A stretch of 64,000 nucleotides of DNA from Alphaproteobacteria bacterium (GCA_016870035.1 VGCJ01000003.1:3270-67269); one strand, 5' to 3'; shown: positions 1-12,252, counted from the first letter of the stretch. The notes: generated by a model from the sequence alone, not told the origin. Translations and numbers: made by a program.

Positions 1-1151
1 TTGAGATCGTGCGTCTCTAAAGGTTTCAATTCGAGCTTACGACATGAGTCAAGATATTTTGCCGAGGTACCAAAAAATGTCACACGCTCTTGTTGCGCGT
101 AATCAAAAAGAACATTGGAGCGCGGCGCAAAAGGTGATCCGTCAAAGAGGACCAAAGTTGATCGGCACGCCAAGGCCGAAACAAGCCAGTTCCACATCAT
201 CCACCCTAAGGTCGTGAAATAGAATACACGATCTTTCTCACCATTATTGGAATGAAGACGATGTTCTTTCAAATGTTGAAGTAGTGTGCCGCCCGCACCA
301 TGAACGATGCATTTCGGAATGCCGGTTGTGCCTGATGAAAACAAAATGAACAGCGGATGATTAAAAGCGAGCCTTTCAAAATGAATGGGTTCATCTGAAG
401 CAACAGACATCATGTCTAAATAAGCAACAGCATCGACCAACGATGATGCTACATCTTTTGACTCGCCAATCAGATCAATCACCAGGCTGGCTTTGACCGA
501 CGGAAGAGCGTTCAAAATTTCCGCGCATTTGTCGCGAATCGAAAGACGTTGCCGGTTATAGAAGTATCCATCACAACAAAGAAAAACCTTCGGCTCGATT
601 TGCGAGAAACGATCAAGCACACCGCGCACGCCGAAATCCGGCGAACATGAAGACCAGATCGCGCCAAGGGATGAAGTGGCGAGCATCATGACGATGGCCT
701 CAGGGCAGTTGGGCAGCATTGCCGCAACGCGATCTCCCACTCCGACATTTTTGGATTTCAAAAAGCGTTGCGCCGATCCAACCGCTTTAAGAAGCTCGCG
801 CCTGGTCATGCGCTTCTCGACGCGATCCTCCGCCCGAAACACGATGGCCTCGCGGTCATCGGCATCACGGAGGAGATTTTCCGCATAATTGAGCCGCGCG
901 TTTGGGAAAAACGCGGCGCCCGGCATCCGGTCCTCACCCAGCAAAACCGTTCCCTTCTCGCCGATCACGCCGCAGAAATCCCAAAGCGCCGACCAGAATT
1001 CTCCCCGTTCCTCAACTGAAGCGTGATGAAGAGCTGGGTAATCCGCAAATGTACGGCCGAGGCGGGCTGCGAAAAAGGCCCGGAATTCGGCCATCGCGCT
1101 CGTCGCCGCCGCTTCCGGTCGCGGTTGCCAAAGTGGTTCCTGCCGCATCAT
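1..1151 (-). CDS. Acetoacetyl-CoA synthetase-type AMP-forming ligase, N-terminal ~383 codons; the 3' end lies beyond the window start
   Basis: Absent from the ORF track because it runs off the edge. The reverse-complement translation starts at ATGATG (1151/1148) just downstream of GGAGG and gives MMRQEPLWQPRPE... It contains the AMP-binding motif FILFSSGTTGIPKCIVHGAGGT. The last codons checked read ...KYLDSCRKLELKPLETHDL in frame; the full length was not checked codon by codon. Confidence 0.8.
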   Translation of the reverse strand, partial: MMRQEPLWQPRPEAAATSAMAEFRAFFAARLGRTFADYPALHHASVEERGEFWSALWDFCGVIGEKGTVLLGEDRMPGAAFFPNARLNYAENLLRDADDREAIVFRAEDRVEKRMTRRELLKAVGSAQRFLKSKNVGVGDRVAAMLPNCPEAIVMMLATSSLGAIWSSCSPDFGVRGVLDRFSQIEPKVFLCCDGYFYNRQRLSIRDKCAEILNALPSVKASLVIDLIGESKDVASSLVDAVAYLDMMSVASDEPIHFERLAFNHPLFILFSSGTTGIPKCIVHGAGGTLLQHLKEHRLHSNNGEKDRVFYFTTLGWMMWNWLVSALACRSTLVLFDGSPFAPRSNVLFDYAQQERVTFFGTSAKYLDSCRKLELKPLETHDL

Positions 1152-1253
1152 CCGCCTCCCTCGTTATCCAGAAGCGAGTGTGACCCCTCGCTTCCGGTAT
1201 CTCACCGGCCGATGTATACCGAGTTTGGTTCAGGAAAAAGATAGTCGCCCACA

Positions 1254-3047
1254 ATGCACCCCTTTGACATCAAGCGACAGGCACGACGCCTCGGCATTAC
1301 GGCCCTTCTCTTCCTCGTCCTGATTGGCGTCGGCAGCCTGATCTCGGTTCCGGTCGATGGCGAACGCGCCGGCCGCTTGATCCGACCGACTTTGATCGGA
1401 TTTCTTGGCCCAGATGTGACGCTTGATCTCTCCGCTTCTTTGTCGATCTTACCTCGTCCAACACTTCAGATTTCTAATTTAAATATATCTAAGAAAAACA
1501 GATTTTTGATAAAATCGCAGCAGGCTTCAGTGCCGGTTAGCCTTGTGACTTTTTTGTCAGGGGGTCTTTCCGGATCAAGCCTTACAGTCAATGATCCCGT
1601 GATCACACTGCCACCATCGGTCCTTCCCGAGACGCGCCAAAATGCGCTTGCGCTTTTAACCGGCGCGCTCGGCGCTGCGGACTCAATCCAACAAACCCCG
1701 ATCGAGGCGATCGCCATACGCTCGGGGAGAATTGTAGTGGCCGCCGAAGCGCCCCTCTCTTTCGTCGAAAAATTTGACGCGGATTTGTCGATCACCAAAG
1801 CGGGGCGGATCGATTTCGATCTTCGCCTGCCATGGAAAAGCGAGGCCGTCGATGTGAGCGCTCGGATCGATCCCGTCGATCCAAAAACTGGAAACAAAGC
1901 GTCGACAATTCTCATCAAAAGCGCACCCGTGACGATCAGTCTCGACGGCGCTTTGGCGACAACGCCTGAACTTCATTTTGCAGGCACAATCGATCTTGCC
2001 ATCAAGGCGATTGATCGCTTCGGCAAATGGCTCGACATAGATCCGCCTTTGACCTTCGCGACACCCCTGGCGGTTAAAGGCGCGGCAGAAATTACGAGTG
2101 AGCGCATCGCCATTCGCGAGGCCGCGCTCACCCTCGGCAAGATTGAAATGAAAGGCGGCATCGGTCTCGACATTGCTAATCAGCGTCCGCTCATTTTTGG
2201 GAGTCTCTCTGCGGGTGACATGGACGTCACTGAGTTTTTATCACCTCTGTGGCCGAAGCAAGCGCAAGGATGGAAAACAGAACCGCTTTCGAATGGTCTC
2301 ACACCGGAACAAGATTTCGATGTCCGGTTTTCAGCAGAACGCGTTAACCTGGGCATTGTGCGGATTGCCAATCTTGCCGTTTCAATTTTAGCCAAAGACC
2401 GCGCACTTGATCTGACTTTAGGCGGCTCAAAACTTTTTCAAGGATCAGCAAAAGGAAAAGTGTCAATCAAACCTGAGGATGAAGGTTATCGTTTAACCCT
2501 TCATGGCAGCTTCGATAACATCGATTTGGCGCAAGCGACACTCGCTCTCATGGATATGAGAAAGATCGAAGGTACAACGGAAGGCAAATTCGAATTTGAA
2601 TCGCAAGGTCGCACGGCAGACGCGATAATGAAAGCGCTTTCGGGCACCACCGATCTGACGATCAGCAATGGTACAATGAATGGCGCCAATCTCGCGGCGA
2701 TCCTCAAACGAATTGAGACGCGCCCCCTATCCGCCATTCGCGATATGAAAGGTGGCAAGACCGATTTTGATCGGTTTCATATGAGTGCTGCAATTCAAAA
2801 TGGAAATGCCACACTCGATAAAGCGGAAATGATTTTTCCGCCCAATGGCATGACGATGACAGGGCAAGTGAATATCGGCGAACGGCGCTTAACGCTTGAA
2901 GGAATTGCAACAGGTCCCGATCCAGAAAATGGCACTGCACCAGCCATTCTGCCTTACACAGTGACAGGCAGTTTCGACGATCCTGTCGTCACACCTGATG
3001 TAGGACGAATTCTAAAACGTCAGGGCACAACGACGCCGGAGGAATGA
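1254..3047 (+). CDS. AsmA-family outer-membrane assembly protein
   Basis: 597-aa ORF with an N-terminal TM anchor (ITALLFLVLIGVGSLISV). It has a long beta-rich body and an AsmA-like C-terminus (DFDRFHMSAAIQNGNATLDKAEM...TGQVNIGERRLTLEG). Confidence 0.6.
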   Translation: MHPFDIKRQARRLGITALLFLVLIGVGSLISVPVDGERAGRLIRPTLIGFLGPDVTLDLSASLSILPRPTLQISNLNISKKNRFLIKSQQASVPVSLVTFLSGGLSGSSLTVNDPVITLPPSVLPETRQNALALLTGALGAADSIQQTPIEAIAIRSGRIVVAAEAPLSFVEKFDADLSITKAGRIDFDLRLPWKSEAVDVSARIDPVDPKTGNKASTILIKSAPVTISLDGALATTPELHFAGTIDLAIKAIDRFGKWLDIDPPLTFATPLAVKGAAEITSERIAIREAALTLGKIEMKGGIGLDIANQRPLIFGSLSAGDMDVTEFLSPLWPKQAQGWKTEPLSNGLTPEQDFDVRFSAERVNLGIVRIANLAVSILAKDRALDLTLGGSKLFQGSAKGKVSIKPEDEGYRLTLHGSFDNIDLAQATLALMDMRKIEGTTEGKFEFESQGRTADAIMKALSGTTDLTISNGTMNGANLAAILKRIETRPLSAIRDMKGGKTDFDRFHMSAAIQNGNATLDKAEMIFPPNGMTMTGQVNIGERRLTLEGIATGPDPENGTAPAILPYTVTGSFDDPVVTPDVGRILKRQGTTTPEE

Positions 3048-4346
3048 TTATTCTTCGGTCGCTTTTACCGTTGTGACCAAAGGCACCTGCCCTAAACCGT
3101 CTTTGTTGTAAATATCATCGCGGAATTGAATAAGGCCGCTAGGCGTCGCCCATGCGGTAATATAAACCCAAAAGACAGGAACGGGTTTAGCCAATTTCGC
3201 ATCGACACGCTGACCCGATTGGATCGCTTCGTCGATTTGTTCGCGCGCCCAACCGGGTGTGTCTTTGAGCAACCATTCCACATAATCACGTACATTCTGC
3301 ACACGCATACAGCCCGATGATACAAAGCGGAAATCATCACCGAAGATACCCTTTGCGGGCGTGTCATGCATATACACGCCGTAAGGATTGGCAATATTGA
3401 TGCGCACAAACCCAAGCGAATTGAATTCGCCACCCGGATCTTGGCGGAATTGATAACGCGTTGCCTCATCCGTCTTCCAGTTCACCTGACTGGATTGGAT
3501 TTCATTTCCGTCTTTGGTGAAAATTCTGATCTTGTTCTCGGTCAGGTAATTAGGATTGGCCTGCATTTTCGGAATAAGATCTCTTTTTATGATCGACGCC
3601 GGCACCGTCCAGAACGGATTGAAGTTAATGTCGATCACGCGCGTGGTCATGATCGGCGATTGACGATCAATCTTACCAACGCCTGCCGCATGGCGCGTTT
3701 GAACAATACCGTCCTCAACCGTTTCAACGAGCGCGCCCGGAATATTGGCGGTTACAAATCTCTTACCCGGATTAGAAGCGTAAGAGCGGAGCCTTACGAG
3801 ATTCACTTCAAGCTGCTTGAGGCGAACATCGGCTGGAATGTTGAAAGCGGTAATCGTTTGGCGCGTGACAAGACCGGAGGGACGCAAGCCATGCAGTTCT
3901 TGAAAACGCTTCACACCAGTTTCAACGAAAGAGTCGAACACATCGGAAAGACCGGCTTCAAGATCAAGGTCACCAGACGCCATCAATCTTTTTCTGAGAT
4001 CAATAACAGCAGGATCTTGCATCCCGAGCTTTAACGGTACAGTCGGAACTAGCGGCCAGCCACCCTTGGCAATGAACAATTTGAATTTTTCAATCGCCGC
4101 TTCGGTCGCCGCGACTGTGCCTGGGGAGAGCAAGGGTGCCGTCGAACGGTCAAGTGTCTTTGATGTGGCGGCGTCATAGCTTTGCACCCACTCGGCCTGA
4201 TCGCCAGTATCGTCCATCATGTCCTGCGCGAAAGCAGAACCAGCACCGAAGGCTATTGCGGCTAAAGCGGTCGAGCCGCGTAAAAAATCACGACGGGAAA
4301 CCCCGAAAGAACGAACCATCATCAAAATCCCAAACCCAAAACACAT
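3048..4346 (-). CDS. L,D-transpeptidase (YkuD domain) with a peptidoglycan-binding domain; Tat-type signal
   Basis: Twin-arginine signal SRRDFLRGSTALAAIAFGAGSAFA. PG-binding-like segment VKRFQELHGLRPSGLV. YkuD catalytic motif GVYMHDTP...FVSSGCMRV. The true start is probably an internal Met (MMVRSF). Confidence 0.85.
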   Translation of the reverse strand: MCFGFGILMMVRSFGVSRRDFLRGSTALAAIAFGAGSAFAQDMMDDTGDQAEWVQSYDAATSKTLDRSTAPLLSPGTVAATEAAIEKFKLFIAKGGWPLVPTVPLKLGMQDPAVIDLRKRLMASGDLDLEAGLSDVFDSFVETGVKRFQELHGLRPSGLVTRQTITAFNIPADVRLKQLEVNLVRLRSYASNPGKRFVTANIPGALVETVEDGIVQTRHAAGVGKIDRQSPIMTTRVIDINFNPFWTVPASIIKRDLIPKMQANPNYLTENKIRIFTKDGNEIQSSQVNWKTDEATRYQFRQDPGGEFNSLGFVRINIANPYGVYMHDTPAKGIFGDDFRFVSSGCMRVQNVRDYVEWLLKDTPGWAREQIDEAIQSGQRVDAKLAKPVPVFWVYITAWATPSGLIQFRDDIYNKDGLGQVPLVTTVKATEE

Positions 4347-4450
4347 TCATGATCGCAAAGCCGCGTTAATGATTCCTGTAACAACGCTTTTGAGATGCCT
4401 CTATAGCGCCCGAGTTTTGGCAATTTGATGACGAAGAAAAAGTCTCGTTC

Positions 4451-4963
4451 TTAAAGCCGATATTTCACATTATCGCTGAAAAAGCGCTCGAGCCTCATCA
4501 AAATGGCATTAGCGGAGCGAAATTCAGGCTGATTGATGCCCCTTACCCGTTCCACCGTGCGGGTATGTTTAGAATAAAGCCCTTGCACGATGTCGTGGAT
4601 TTGGCGTCCCTTTTCGGTCAGACGGATCCTTACAGACCGCCGATCCACACGCTATCTTTCATGCGAGAGATAGCCCATCTCAATCAATTTCTTGACGTTG
4701 TAGGAGACATTGGAGCCGAGATAATAGCCGCGTGAACGCAATTCACTTGCGGTGAGCTCTTTGTCGCCAATATTGAAAAGCAGCAAAGCCTGAATCGGAT
4801 TGATGTCCGAACGGCCGCGACGGTCAAACTCATCCTTGACCACGTCAAGCAGTCCCCAGTGAAGTCTTTCGACGAGCGAAAGCGATTCAAGATAAACAGG
4901 CGCTGCAGCCCCCAGCCCCTTCACCGAAGCGTCATTTACAGAAATCTTGACCATCTTATTCAT
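4451..4963 (-). pseudogene. MarR-family regulator (LdtR-like by synteny with the adjacent L,D-transpeptidase) interrupted by an in-frame TAG
   Basis: Track ORFs 4652..4963 and 4451..4648 are in the same frame. Hand translation reads ...EMGYLSHER-TAG-RVDRRSVRIRLTEKGRQ..., a continuous MarR winged-helix motif (GYL..R...DRRS..i.LT.KG). The TAG is at 4652-4654. Confidence 0.8.
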
Positions 4964-5055
4964 CGGAGATCATCCCCTTTAATTCCTAAACGTAATATAA
5001 TTTTGACGCTAGGGAATATGAGAATACTCGTAAAAGACGAATTAATTTTTGTCCC

Positions 5056-5086
5056 TAAGAAAACCTTACCTTGAAAAGGGTAAGCG
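5056..5086 (-). terminator. Putative rho-independent terminator downstream of the 5126..5629 membrane-protein gene
   Basis: On the minus strand, stem CTTACC / GGTAAG (5066-5071 / 5080-5085) with an 8-nt loop, followed by GTTTTCTT. Confidence 0.4.
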
Positions 5087-5125
5087 GGAGGAAAAACCAA
5101 TAACTAAAAATGGATGAAATGAATT

Positions 5126-5629
5126 TCAAACGATTGTGAGCCGCTTTTCAGGCTGTGCCCGAACAAAAAAGATCCGCATCAGATGAATAACGACAAGAGC
5201 GAGCGTTAAAACGCCCAAAAACTTGCTGCCAAAATCCGACTGCGCCGCGATGGCCAAAAGACCATAAGCGGTGGCAACAAGAAACCAGACGCCTGCGCCC
5301 CATCGCCAGGACATCCACAATGAAACGCCCGCGATCAGATCAAGGATCGCAAAAATCAAAGCCATCGACAAATCGGCATCAAAATCGGTCTTCGACAGAT
5401 GGAGACCGGAGCCAAGGACGCCTGTCAGGTCTGCCCAAGCCCAAAACCCCTTTATCAGCCAGACAACCGCCAAAATCCGATAAGCGACCTCAAGGACAAA
5501 ATGCAGCTTTGTTTGCGAAACATCGAGGTGGATGGCCATGGGTCGTTTTATGCCTTTAGCCCCAATGAGGGGGCAAAACGGGTCCGATAATTCGACAAGA
5601 AATATCGCCTCATCCTCTTCCGAAGACAA
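5126..5629 (-). CDS. Small integral membrane protein of unknown function
   Basis: 167-aa ORF with about 4 hydrophobic helices (AVVWLIKGFWAW, MALIFAILDLIAGVSLWM, GAGVWFLVATAYGLLAIA, LGVLTLALVVIHLM). No recognisable catalytic motif. Confidence 0.55.
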   Translation of the reverse strand: MSSEEDEAIFLVELSDPFCPLIGAKGIKRPMAIHLDVSQTKLHFVLEVAYRILAVVWLIKGFWAWADLTGVLGSGLHLSKTDFDADLSMALIFAILDLIAGVSLWMSWRWGAGVWFLVATAYGLLAIAAQSDFGSKFLGVLTLALVVIHLMRIFFVRAQPEKRLTIV

Positions 5630-5669
5630 CCGAGGCGATGGTAAAAGCTCTTCTCAAGACAAGAAATAG

Positions 5670-6695
<1,026 letters not shown>

Positions 6696-6709
6696 GATCG
6701 CGCGGTCCG

Positions 6710-7306
6710 TCAATGCGACGTGAAAAAAATCTGGACGCCGTCATTTTCAAATGGCGTTCCCACTTTTCCTTTGCCCGATTTGCCGGAGCTATAGATCATT
6801 TTTGGACCCGAACCCGCCTCAGCTGATGTAAGGATGAGCGCCCAATAAGTCCGATAGCGTGAGCCCGGCGCGCTGGCCCTAATCATACCCATATATTTGG
6901 CCTCTCTCATCAGCATATTCTCGCGATGACGGGGAGACCGGATCCATGCATTGATTGAGTCGGCGACGCTTCGATCTGCCGCGCCAACATTTTCAGTAGC
7001 AAGTGCATAGGTAAAGCCGGCATTGTTCATGCGCGTTGTGAAGTCACCCGCCACTGCATGAGACAGCACATCGCGCGAGGCCATCGCGACCGCCTGATAG
7101 CGCGCTGCTTCAACAACAGCGGAATTGACACTCACAGGGCCAAGTCCGTTTTGAGCACGGAAGGAATTTACGAGGCCCATGGCTTCATAGGAAACGTCAG
7201 CGACGCCTCCTGAGACAGATGATTGCGGTGTTGGGGTTGTGGCACAGGACGCCACAAACAAGGACACCAAAGCCACGATTCCGACCCGAAGACTATTCTC
7301 AATCAT
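6710..7306 (-). CDS. CAP/SCP (YkwD-like) domain lipoprotein
   Basis: Lipobox LFVASC at the N-terminus. CAP-domain segments NSFRAQNGLGPV, SHAV.GDF..R, ATENVG, WIRSPRHRENML. Confidence 0.75.
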   Translation of the reverse strand: MIENSLRVGIVALVSLFVASCATTPTPQSSVSGGVADVSYEAMGLVNSFRAQNGLGPVSVNSAVVEAARYQAVAMASRDVLSHAVAGDFTTRMNNAGFTYALATENVGAADRSVADSINAWIRSPRHRENMLMREAKYMGMIRASAPGSRYRTYWALILTSAEAGSGPKMIYSSGKSGKGKVGTPFENDGVQIFFTSH

Positions 7307-7481
7307 ATGCGAGGGCCTTCCCGCCTAAATCTCGTTAAGCTGCATAATAGAAAATCCTTAAGCGTGCTGGCTAGTCCCCTGCGACAAAGGAGTCGACTTA
7401 CCCAAAGCGATTGCACGGAAGAGTGACTCATGCCTATCATCTAAGCAGGGTAAGGATAAGAAATCGATCACGGACCACCGG

Positions 7482-8243
7482 ATGACAAATCAAGCGCAGG
7501 ACCCGACCCAGTTCTTCATGACGGCGCCGAGCCCCTGCGGCTATATCCCGGGCCAGATGGAGCGGAAAGTCTTTACCCATCTGATTGGCCGTCGGGCGAA
7601 AAGCCTCAATAACCTCCTCTCCGAAGCCGGATTTCGCCGTTCCCAAACGATTGCCTATCGGCCTGCATGTGAACGCTGCTCAGCCTGCGTTTCGGTACGG
7701 GTGCCGGTCGATGAATTTACCCCCTCACGCAATCTCGCCCGCGTTCTCGAGCGCAACGGCGATTTGATGGGGACGGAAGTTCCAAACACCGCAAGTGCTG
7801 AGCATTATGGTTTGTTCCGCTCATATCTTTCCGCTCGGCATACGGAAGGCGGCATGATCGACATGAATTTCCTCGACTTCACGCTGATGATTGAGGACAC
7901 CCATGTTGATACAGAGCTTGTCGAATATCGGCGTCGCAGCACCGAGCCCGGATTTTTCGGACATGCAACAGGTCCGCTTCTCGCAACCGCTTTGACAGAT
8001 GTTCTATCGGACGGTTTGTCGATGGTTTATTCTTTTTATAATCCTGAAGAAAACCAACGCAGTCTCGGCACCTATATGATCCTCGATCATATCGAGCGCA
8101 CGCGCAAACGCGGATTGCCCTATCTCTATCTCGGCTATTGGATACCGGGGTCACGCAAGATGGCATATAAAGCCCGCTTCTTGCCGCAAGAGCGTTTAGG
8201 CACAAATGGGTGGGCACGTGCCGAACGTTACTCCGACACGTAA
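7482..8243 (+). CDS. bpt: Arginyl/leucyl-tRNA--protein transferase (Bpt/ATE family)
   Basis: Family-typical N-terminus [21 protein letters not shown], then [25 protein letters not shown], and the C-terminal [10 protein letters not shown] motif. Confidence 0.9.
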   Translation: MTNQAQDPTQFFMTAPSPCGYIPGQMERKVFTHLIGRRAKSLNNLLSEAGFRRSQTIAYRPACERCSACVSVRVPVDEFTPSRNLARVLERNGDLMGTEVPNTASAEHYGLFRSYLSARHTEGGMIDMNFLDFTLMIEDTHVDTELVEYRRRSTEPGFFGHATGPLLATALTDVLSDGLSMVYSFYNPEENQRSLGTYMILDHIERTRKRGLPYLYLGYWIPGSRKMAYKARFLPQERLGTNGWARAERYSDT

Positions 8244-8259
8244 ATCAATTTTTAAAAGC

Positions 8260-10506
8260 TCAAGCCGAAAATTTATTCGCTTTCGGGAAGCCTTTGGGCG
8301 GTAAACGCCCCGCATCAGAACGGCTACCAATCCATTCCTTGATATCAGGCTTGCCGACTGTCCATGTGCGGCCTGCAGTATCTTTCCATGTGAGACCTTC
8401 CGACAATTTGAAGGTCTTGATATCGGCCATGCCGCCATCTTTATATTTTTGAATCCGAACACCTTTACCGCGCGCCATCTCGACCATTTGCGACAGCGGG
8501 AAGCAGAGCAATTTGCGATTCTCTCCAATCGCGGCTACATGATCACCTTCAACCGGCACAACAAAGCGCGCGGTTTCACGATCATCTAGGTTCAGCACTT
8601 GCCGCCCTTTGCGTGTATTCGCAATCGTGTCATCTGAAAGAGCGATGAAACCGCGCCCGACCGATGAAGCAAACAATAATTTTTCGCCCACTTTGTGCGG
8701 CCAAGCAGTGATAATCTCCGCGCCTTCATCAATATCGGCGAGCAAGCGAACAGGATCACCAAAGCCGCGTCCGCCCGGCAGCTTAGAAGCATCAAGCGTA
8801 TAAACTTTACCGCTTGTAACGAAGACAAGGATCTTTGATGTTGTTTCGGTATGGAAACTCAGTTTCAGCCCATCATCGCCTTTAAACTGTAGATTACCCA
8901 AATCCGTAACATGACCTTTTAGCGCGCGGATCCAGCCCTTCTCGGACAACACAACAGTAAGCGGTTCACGCTCGACCATCGCTTCGGTTAGATCAACAGT
9001 ACCATTCTCAGGCACTTCTGCAAAAGCCGAGCGACGCTTGCCGATTTTTGTATCGGGACCAAAGCTCTTTTTCACTTCACGAATTTGCCAGGAAATCGCT
9101 TTCCATTGCTTATCCGGCGAAGCCAGAAGCGATTCAATCTGAGCCTTCTCTTCGGTAAGCGTTTCAAATTCGCGCTTGAGTTCCATCTCTTCCAATTTGC
9201 GCAAAGAACGCAACCGCGTGTTCAAAATCGCTTCCGCTTGAACATCACTCAATTTGAAGGCTTTGATGAGTTCGGCTTTCGGATCGTCTTTCTCACGGAT
9301 AATTTTGATCACACGATCAAGATCGAGATAGACGATCAATAGGCCTTTGAGAATTTCAATACGTTTGTCAATCTGTGACAGACTATGACGCGATCGACGC
9401 TCCAACACATCACGGCGATGATTGAGCCATTCACGCAAAACATCCGCAAGGCCGAGCACACGTGGCACCAGACCTGCAGTCAACACATTCATATTCATCG
9501 GCACACGCGCTTCAAGCTCGGTGAGCTTGAAGAGTGACTCCATCAGAATTTCTGGATCAAAGGTGCGCGCACGCGGCTCGATAACAATGCGAATATCTTC
9601 TGCCGATTCATCACGCACATCGGCAAGGAATGGCAATTTCCGCTCATTAATCAATTCGGCAAGTTTTTCGATGAGACGAGATTTCGGTACCATATAAGGA
9701 ATTTCGGTCACGATGATTGACCACAATCCGCGCCCCTGATCCTCCTTCGTCCATTTTGCACGAACGCGGAACGAACCTCGCCCCGTGCGATATGTCTCCG
9801 CAATCGACTCGCGTGATTCAACAATCACACCGCCTGTTGGAAAATCGGGCCCTGGCACGAAAGTGAGAATCTGATCCGTGGTCGCTTTCGGATGCGCGAT
9901 CAAATAAATCGCGGCATCACAAAGTTCAGCGGCATTATGCGGGGGAATGGATGTCGCCATACCCACCGCAATACCCTGCGAACCATTGGCGAGAAGATTG
10001 GGAAATGCAGCGGGTAAAACAAGCGGCTCTTCTTCCGAACCATCATAAGTCTCACGAAAATCAACTGCATTCTCATCGAGACCTTCAAGAAGCAAACGGG
10101 CGACTTCTGTGAGACGCGCTTCAGTGTAACGCATCGCAGCCGGATTATCGCCGTCGATATTTCCGAAATTGCCTTGACCATCAACAAGCGGGTAGCGAAC
10201 CGCAAAATCCTGCGCGAGACGCACGAGTGCATCATAGACCGATTGATCACCATGCGGATGATATTTACCAATCACGTCGCCGACAACGCGCGCGCATTTC
10301 TTAAAGGCCTGACCCGGATCCAAACGCAACAAACGCATCGCGTAAAGGAGACGCCGATGAACAGGCTTCAAACCGTCGCGCGCATCTGGCAATGCGCGAT
10401 GCATGATGGTGGAAAGCGCATAGGCAAGATAACGCTCTTCAAGCGCATCTTTCAGCGAGATTTCCTCAATGCCCTTATCATCCGGCGGAGCGACGCGCTT
10501 ACCCAT
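8260..10506 (-). CDS. parC: DNA topoisomerase IV subunit A
   Basis: 748 aa. [16 protein letters not shown] and [22 protein letters not shown] motifs, with no GyrA-box region. The length fits ParC. Confidence 0.9.
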   Translation of the reverse strand: MGKRVAPPDDKGIEEISLKDALEERYLAYALSTIMHRALPDARDGLKPVHRRLLYAMRLLRLDPGQAFKKCARVVGDVIGKYHPHGDQSVYDALVRLAQDFAVRYPLVDGQGNFGNIDGDNPAAMRYTEARLTEVARLLLEGLDENAVDFRETYDGSEEEPLVLPAAFPNLLANGSQGIAVGMATSIPPHNAAELCDAAIYLIAHPKATTDQILTFVPGPDFPTGGVIVESRESIAETYRTGRGSFRVRAKWTKEDQGRGLWSIIVTEIPYMVPKSRLIEKLAELINERKLPFLADVRDESAEDIRIVIEPRARTFDPEILMESLFKLTELEARVPMNMNVLTAGLVPRVLGLADVLREWLNHRRDVLERRSRHSLSQIDKRIEILKGLLIVYLDLDRVIKIIREKDDPKAELIKAFKLSDVQAEAILNTRLRSLRKLEEMELKREFETLTEEKAQIESLLASPDKQWKAISWQIREVKKSFGPDTKIGKRRSAFAEVPENGTVDLTEAMVEREPLTVVLSEKGWIRALKGHVTDLGNLQFKGDDGLKLSFHTETTSKILVFVTSGKVYTLDASKLPGGRGFGDPVRLLADIDEGAEIITAWPHKVGEKLLFASSVGRGFIALSDDTIANTRKGRQVLNLDDRETARFVVPVEGDHVAAIGENRKLLCFPLSQMVEMARGKGVRIQKYKDGGMADIKTFKLSEGLTWKDTAGRTWTVGKPDIKEWIGSRSDAGRLPPKGFPKANKFSA

Positions 10507-10542
10507 GAACCTACCTCAATTTTTACCCGTGTCCGGATGCCC

Positions 10543-11319
10543 TCAGAACCGATTCGCGGCAAGCCGAAGCCCCTCAAACCGAGGGTTAGCGCCCTTTCCC
10601 TGTCGATAGAGGGTTGAAAGCGCCTCTCGTGCCTCCGGAAGCGGCAGATTACGCGCACCGAAGAGATGACGCTCGAGAAAATAGCCGGTCAAAGCCAGAC
10701 CATCGGCGACATCGCTTTCTTGCGGCAATCCGACATTAGCCTGATCCAAGAGAAAGGCCGGAAGCTTAAAGAGCCGCTCACGATAGGGCTCGCCCGCCTC
10801 TTCACATACCGCACGACCCGATTTTGGCGAGACATAAATCAATCGATCTTTCGAGCCAGTGGCCGCGCATTCTGTGAGATCAAGACCGAAACCAAGCTCT
10901 GCAAGTAACGCCACTTCGAAGCGCACAAGCAAAGGCGCGGCAAGATCATCTTGATCCATTGTGTTCAAAATAATTTCGAGCGCGTCATAGAGTGACGGAT
11001 GCGGATCGCGCTCAGGCAAAAGACGCACAAGGGCGGCAATTGTCGTCAATGCATAAAGTGTGCGTCTTTGACCCATAAAAGACGCCGCACGCATACGCAT
11101 GGGCTCAACGGCAAAATGACCAAGCTGCTCATCAAGTCGCGCACGCCAAGAAAGAGAGACGGCATTCCCCGCTTGTAATGCCGGCTGCAAACGACGAGAA
11201 CGGCCACCACGCACGACGCCTAAATGACGACCATGCGCACGCGTCATCGCCTCAAGAATGACATCGGCTTCGCCCAAACGGCGCACACCAATCACGATGG
11301 CATCATCCTTCCATTCCAT
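10543..11319 (-). CDS. recO: DNA repair protein RecO
   Basis: MEWKDDAIVIGVRRLGEADVILEAMTRAHGRH... is a typical RecO OB-fold N-terminus. It lies directly downstream of era-rnc, the conserved arrangement. Confidence 0.9.
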   Translation of the reverse strand: MEWKDDAIVIGVRRLGEADVILEAMTRAHGRHLGVVRGGRSRRLQPALQAGNAVSLSWRARLDEQLGHFAVEPMRMRAASFMGQRRTLYALTTIAALVRLLPERDPHPSLYDALEIILNTMDQDDLAAPLLVRFEVALLAELGFGLDLTECAATGSKDRLIYVSPKSGRAVCEEAGEPYRERLFKLPAFLLDQANVGLPQESDVADGLALTGYFLERHLFGARNLPLPEAREALSTLYRQGKGANPRFEGLRLAANRF

Positions 11320-11343
11320 GTGCTTTAGGCCCGCCCCTGCAAT

Positions 11344-12252
11344 TTACTCTTTCGGAAATTCAAGACCCATTTCGCGATAGCGCGCAGGATCATCCGACCA
11401 ATTCTCACGCACTTTCACATGAAGAAAAAGATGCACCGGTGTTTCGATTTCCTCGGCAATGTCTTTGCGTGAGGCGGCACCAATCGCTTTGATGGTCTGC
11501 CCGGCTTTACCCAGCACGATCATACGTTGGCTCTCGCGCTCGACAAAAATTGTTTGTTCGATGCGTACAGATCCATCTTTACGCTGTTGCCATTGATCGG
11601 TTTCAACCGTTGACCGGTAGGGCAACTCATCATGCAGACGTTCAAATAATTTCTCGCGTGTGATTTCAGCCGCAAGCATACGCATCGGAGCGTCAGAGAC
11701 CTGATCTTCAGTATAAAGCCACGGCCCCTCGGGCATCAAAGCGGCAAAATGCGAGCGCACGCGATCAACACCACTTCCTGTTGTTGCAGACACCATGAAG
11801 GTTTCACGAAACGCAATGCGGCTATTAAGCATTTCGGCCAAAGTCAAAAGATGCGGCGGATCGACGAGGTCAACTTTGTTCAAGATAAGATGGATCGGCT
11901 TTCTCCATTCACTTAGTGATTGAAGCAGCGCTTCAACATCCGCATCAATACCCTTACGCGCATCGATCACGAGCACGACTGCATCGGCCTCGCCCGCACC
12001 GCCCCAAGCGGATGTAACCATCGCGCGTTCGAGGCGACGCTTCGGTGAGAAGATTCCTGGCGTATCGACGAAGATAATCTGCGTCTGATCGACCATCGCG
12101 ATGCCGCGGACAAGCGCCCGCGTCGTTTGCACTTTGCGCGAAACGATCGAAACTTTTGCTCCAACAAGCGCATTCACAAGTGTTGATTTTCCGGCATTTG
12201 GCACGCCGATCAATGCGACATAACCACAGCGTGTCGGAGTCTCATTAGTCAT
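11344..12252 (-). CDS. era: GTPase Era
   Basis: G1 GVPNAGKST, G3 DTPG, G4 NKVD, and a C-terminal KH domain (VERESQRMIVLGKAGQTIK). Confidence 0.95.
   Translation of the reverse strand: MTNETPTRCGYVALIGVPNAGKSTLVNALVGAKVSIVSRKVQTTRALVRGIAMVDQTQIIFVDTPGIFSPKRRLERAMVTSAWGGAGEADAVVLVIDARKGIDADVEALLQSLSEWRKPIHLILNKVDLVDPPHLLTLAEMLNSRIAFRETFMVSATTGSGVDRVRSHFAALMPEGPWLYTEDQVSDAPMRMLAAEITREKLFERLHDELPYRSTVETDQWQQRKDGSVRIEQTIFVERESQRMIVLGKAGQTIKAIGAASRKDIAEEIETPVHLFLHVKVRENWSDDPARYREMGLEFPKE

Noticed and set aside
676-1254. Track ORFs 676..888, 768..1019, 902..1183, 1012..1254 and 1023..1244
   Set aside because: They lie inside or opposite the acetoacetyl-CoA synthetase gene (1..1151, minus strand), which has clear family motifs. 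Their translations are Arg/Ser/Pro-rich, as is typical of off-frame reading.
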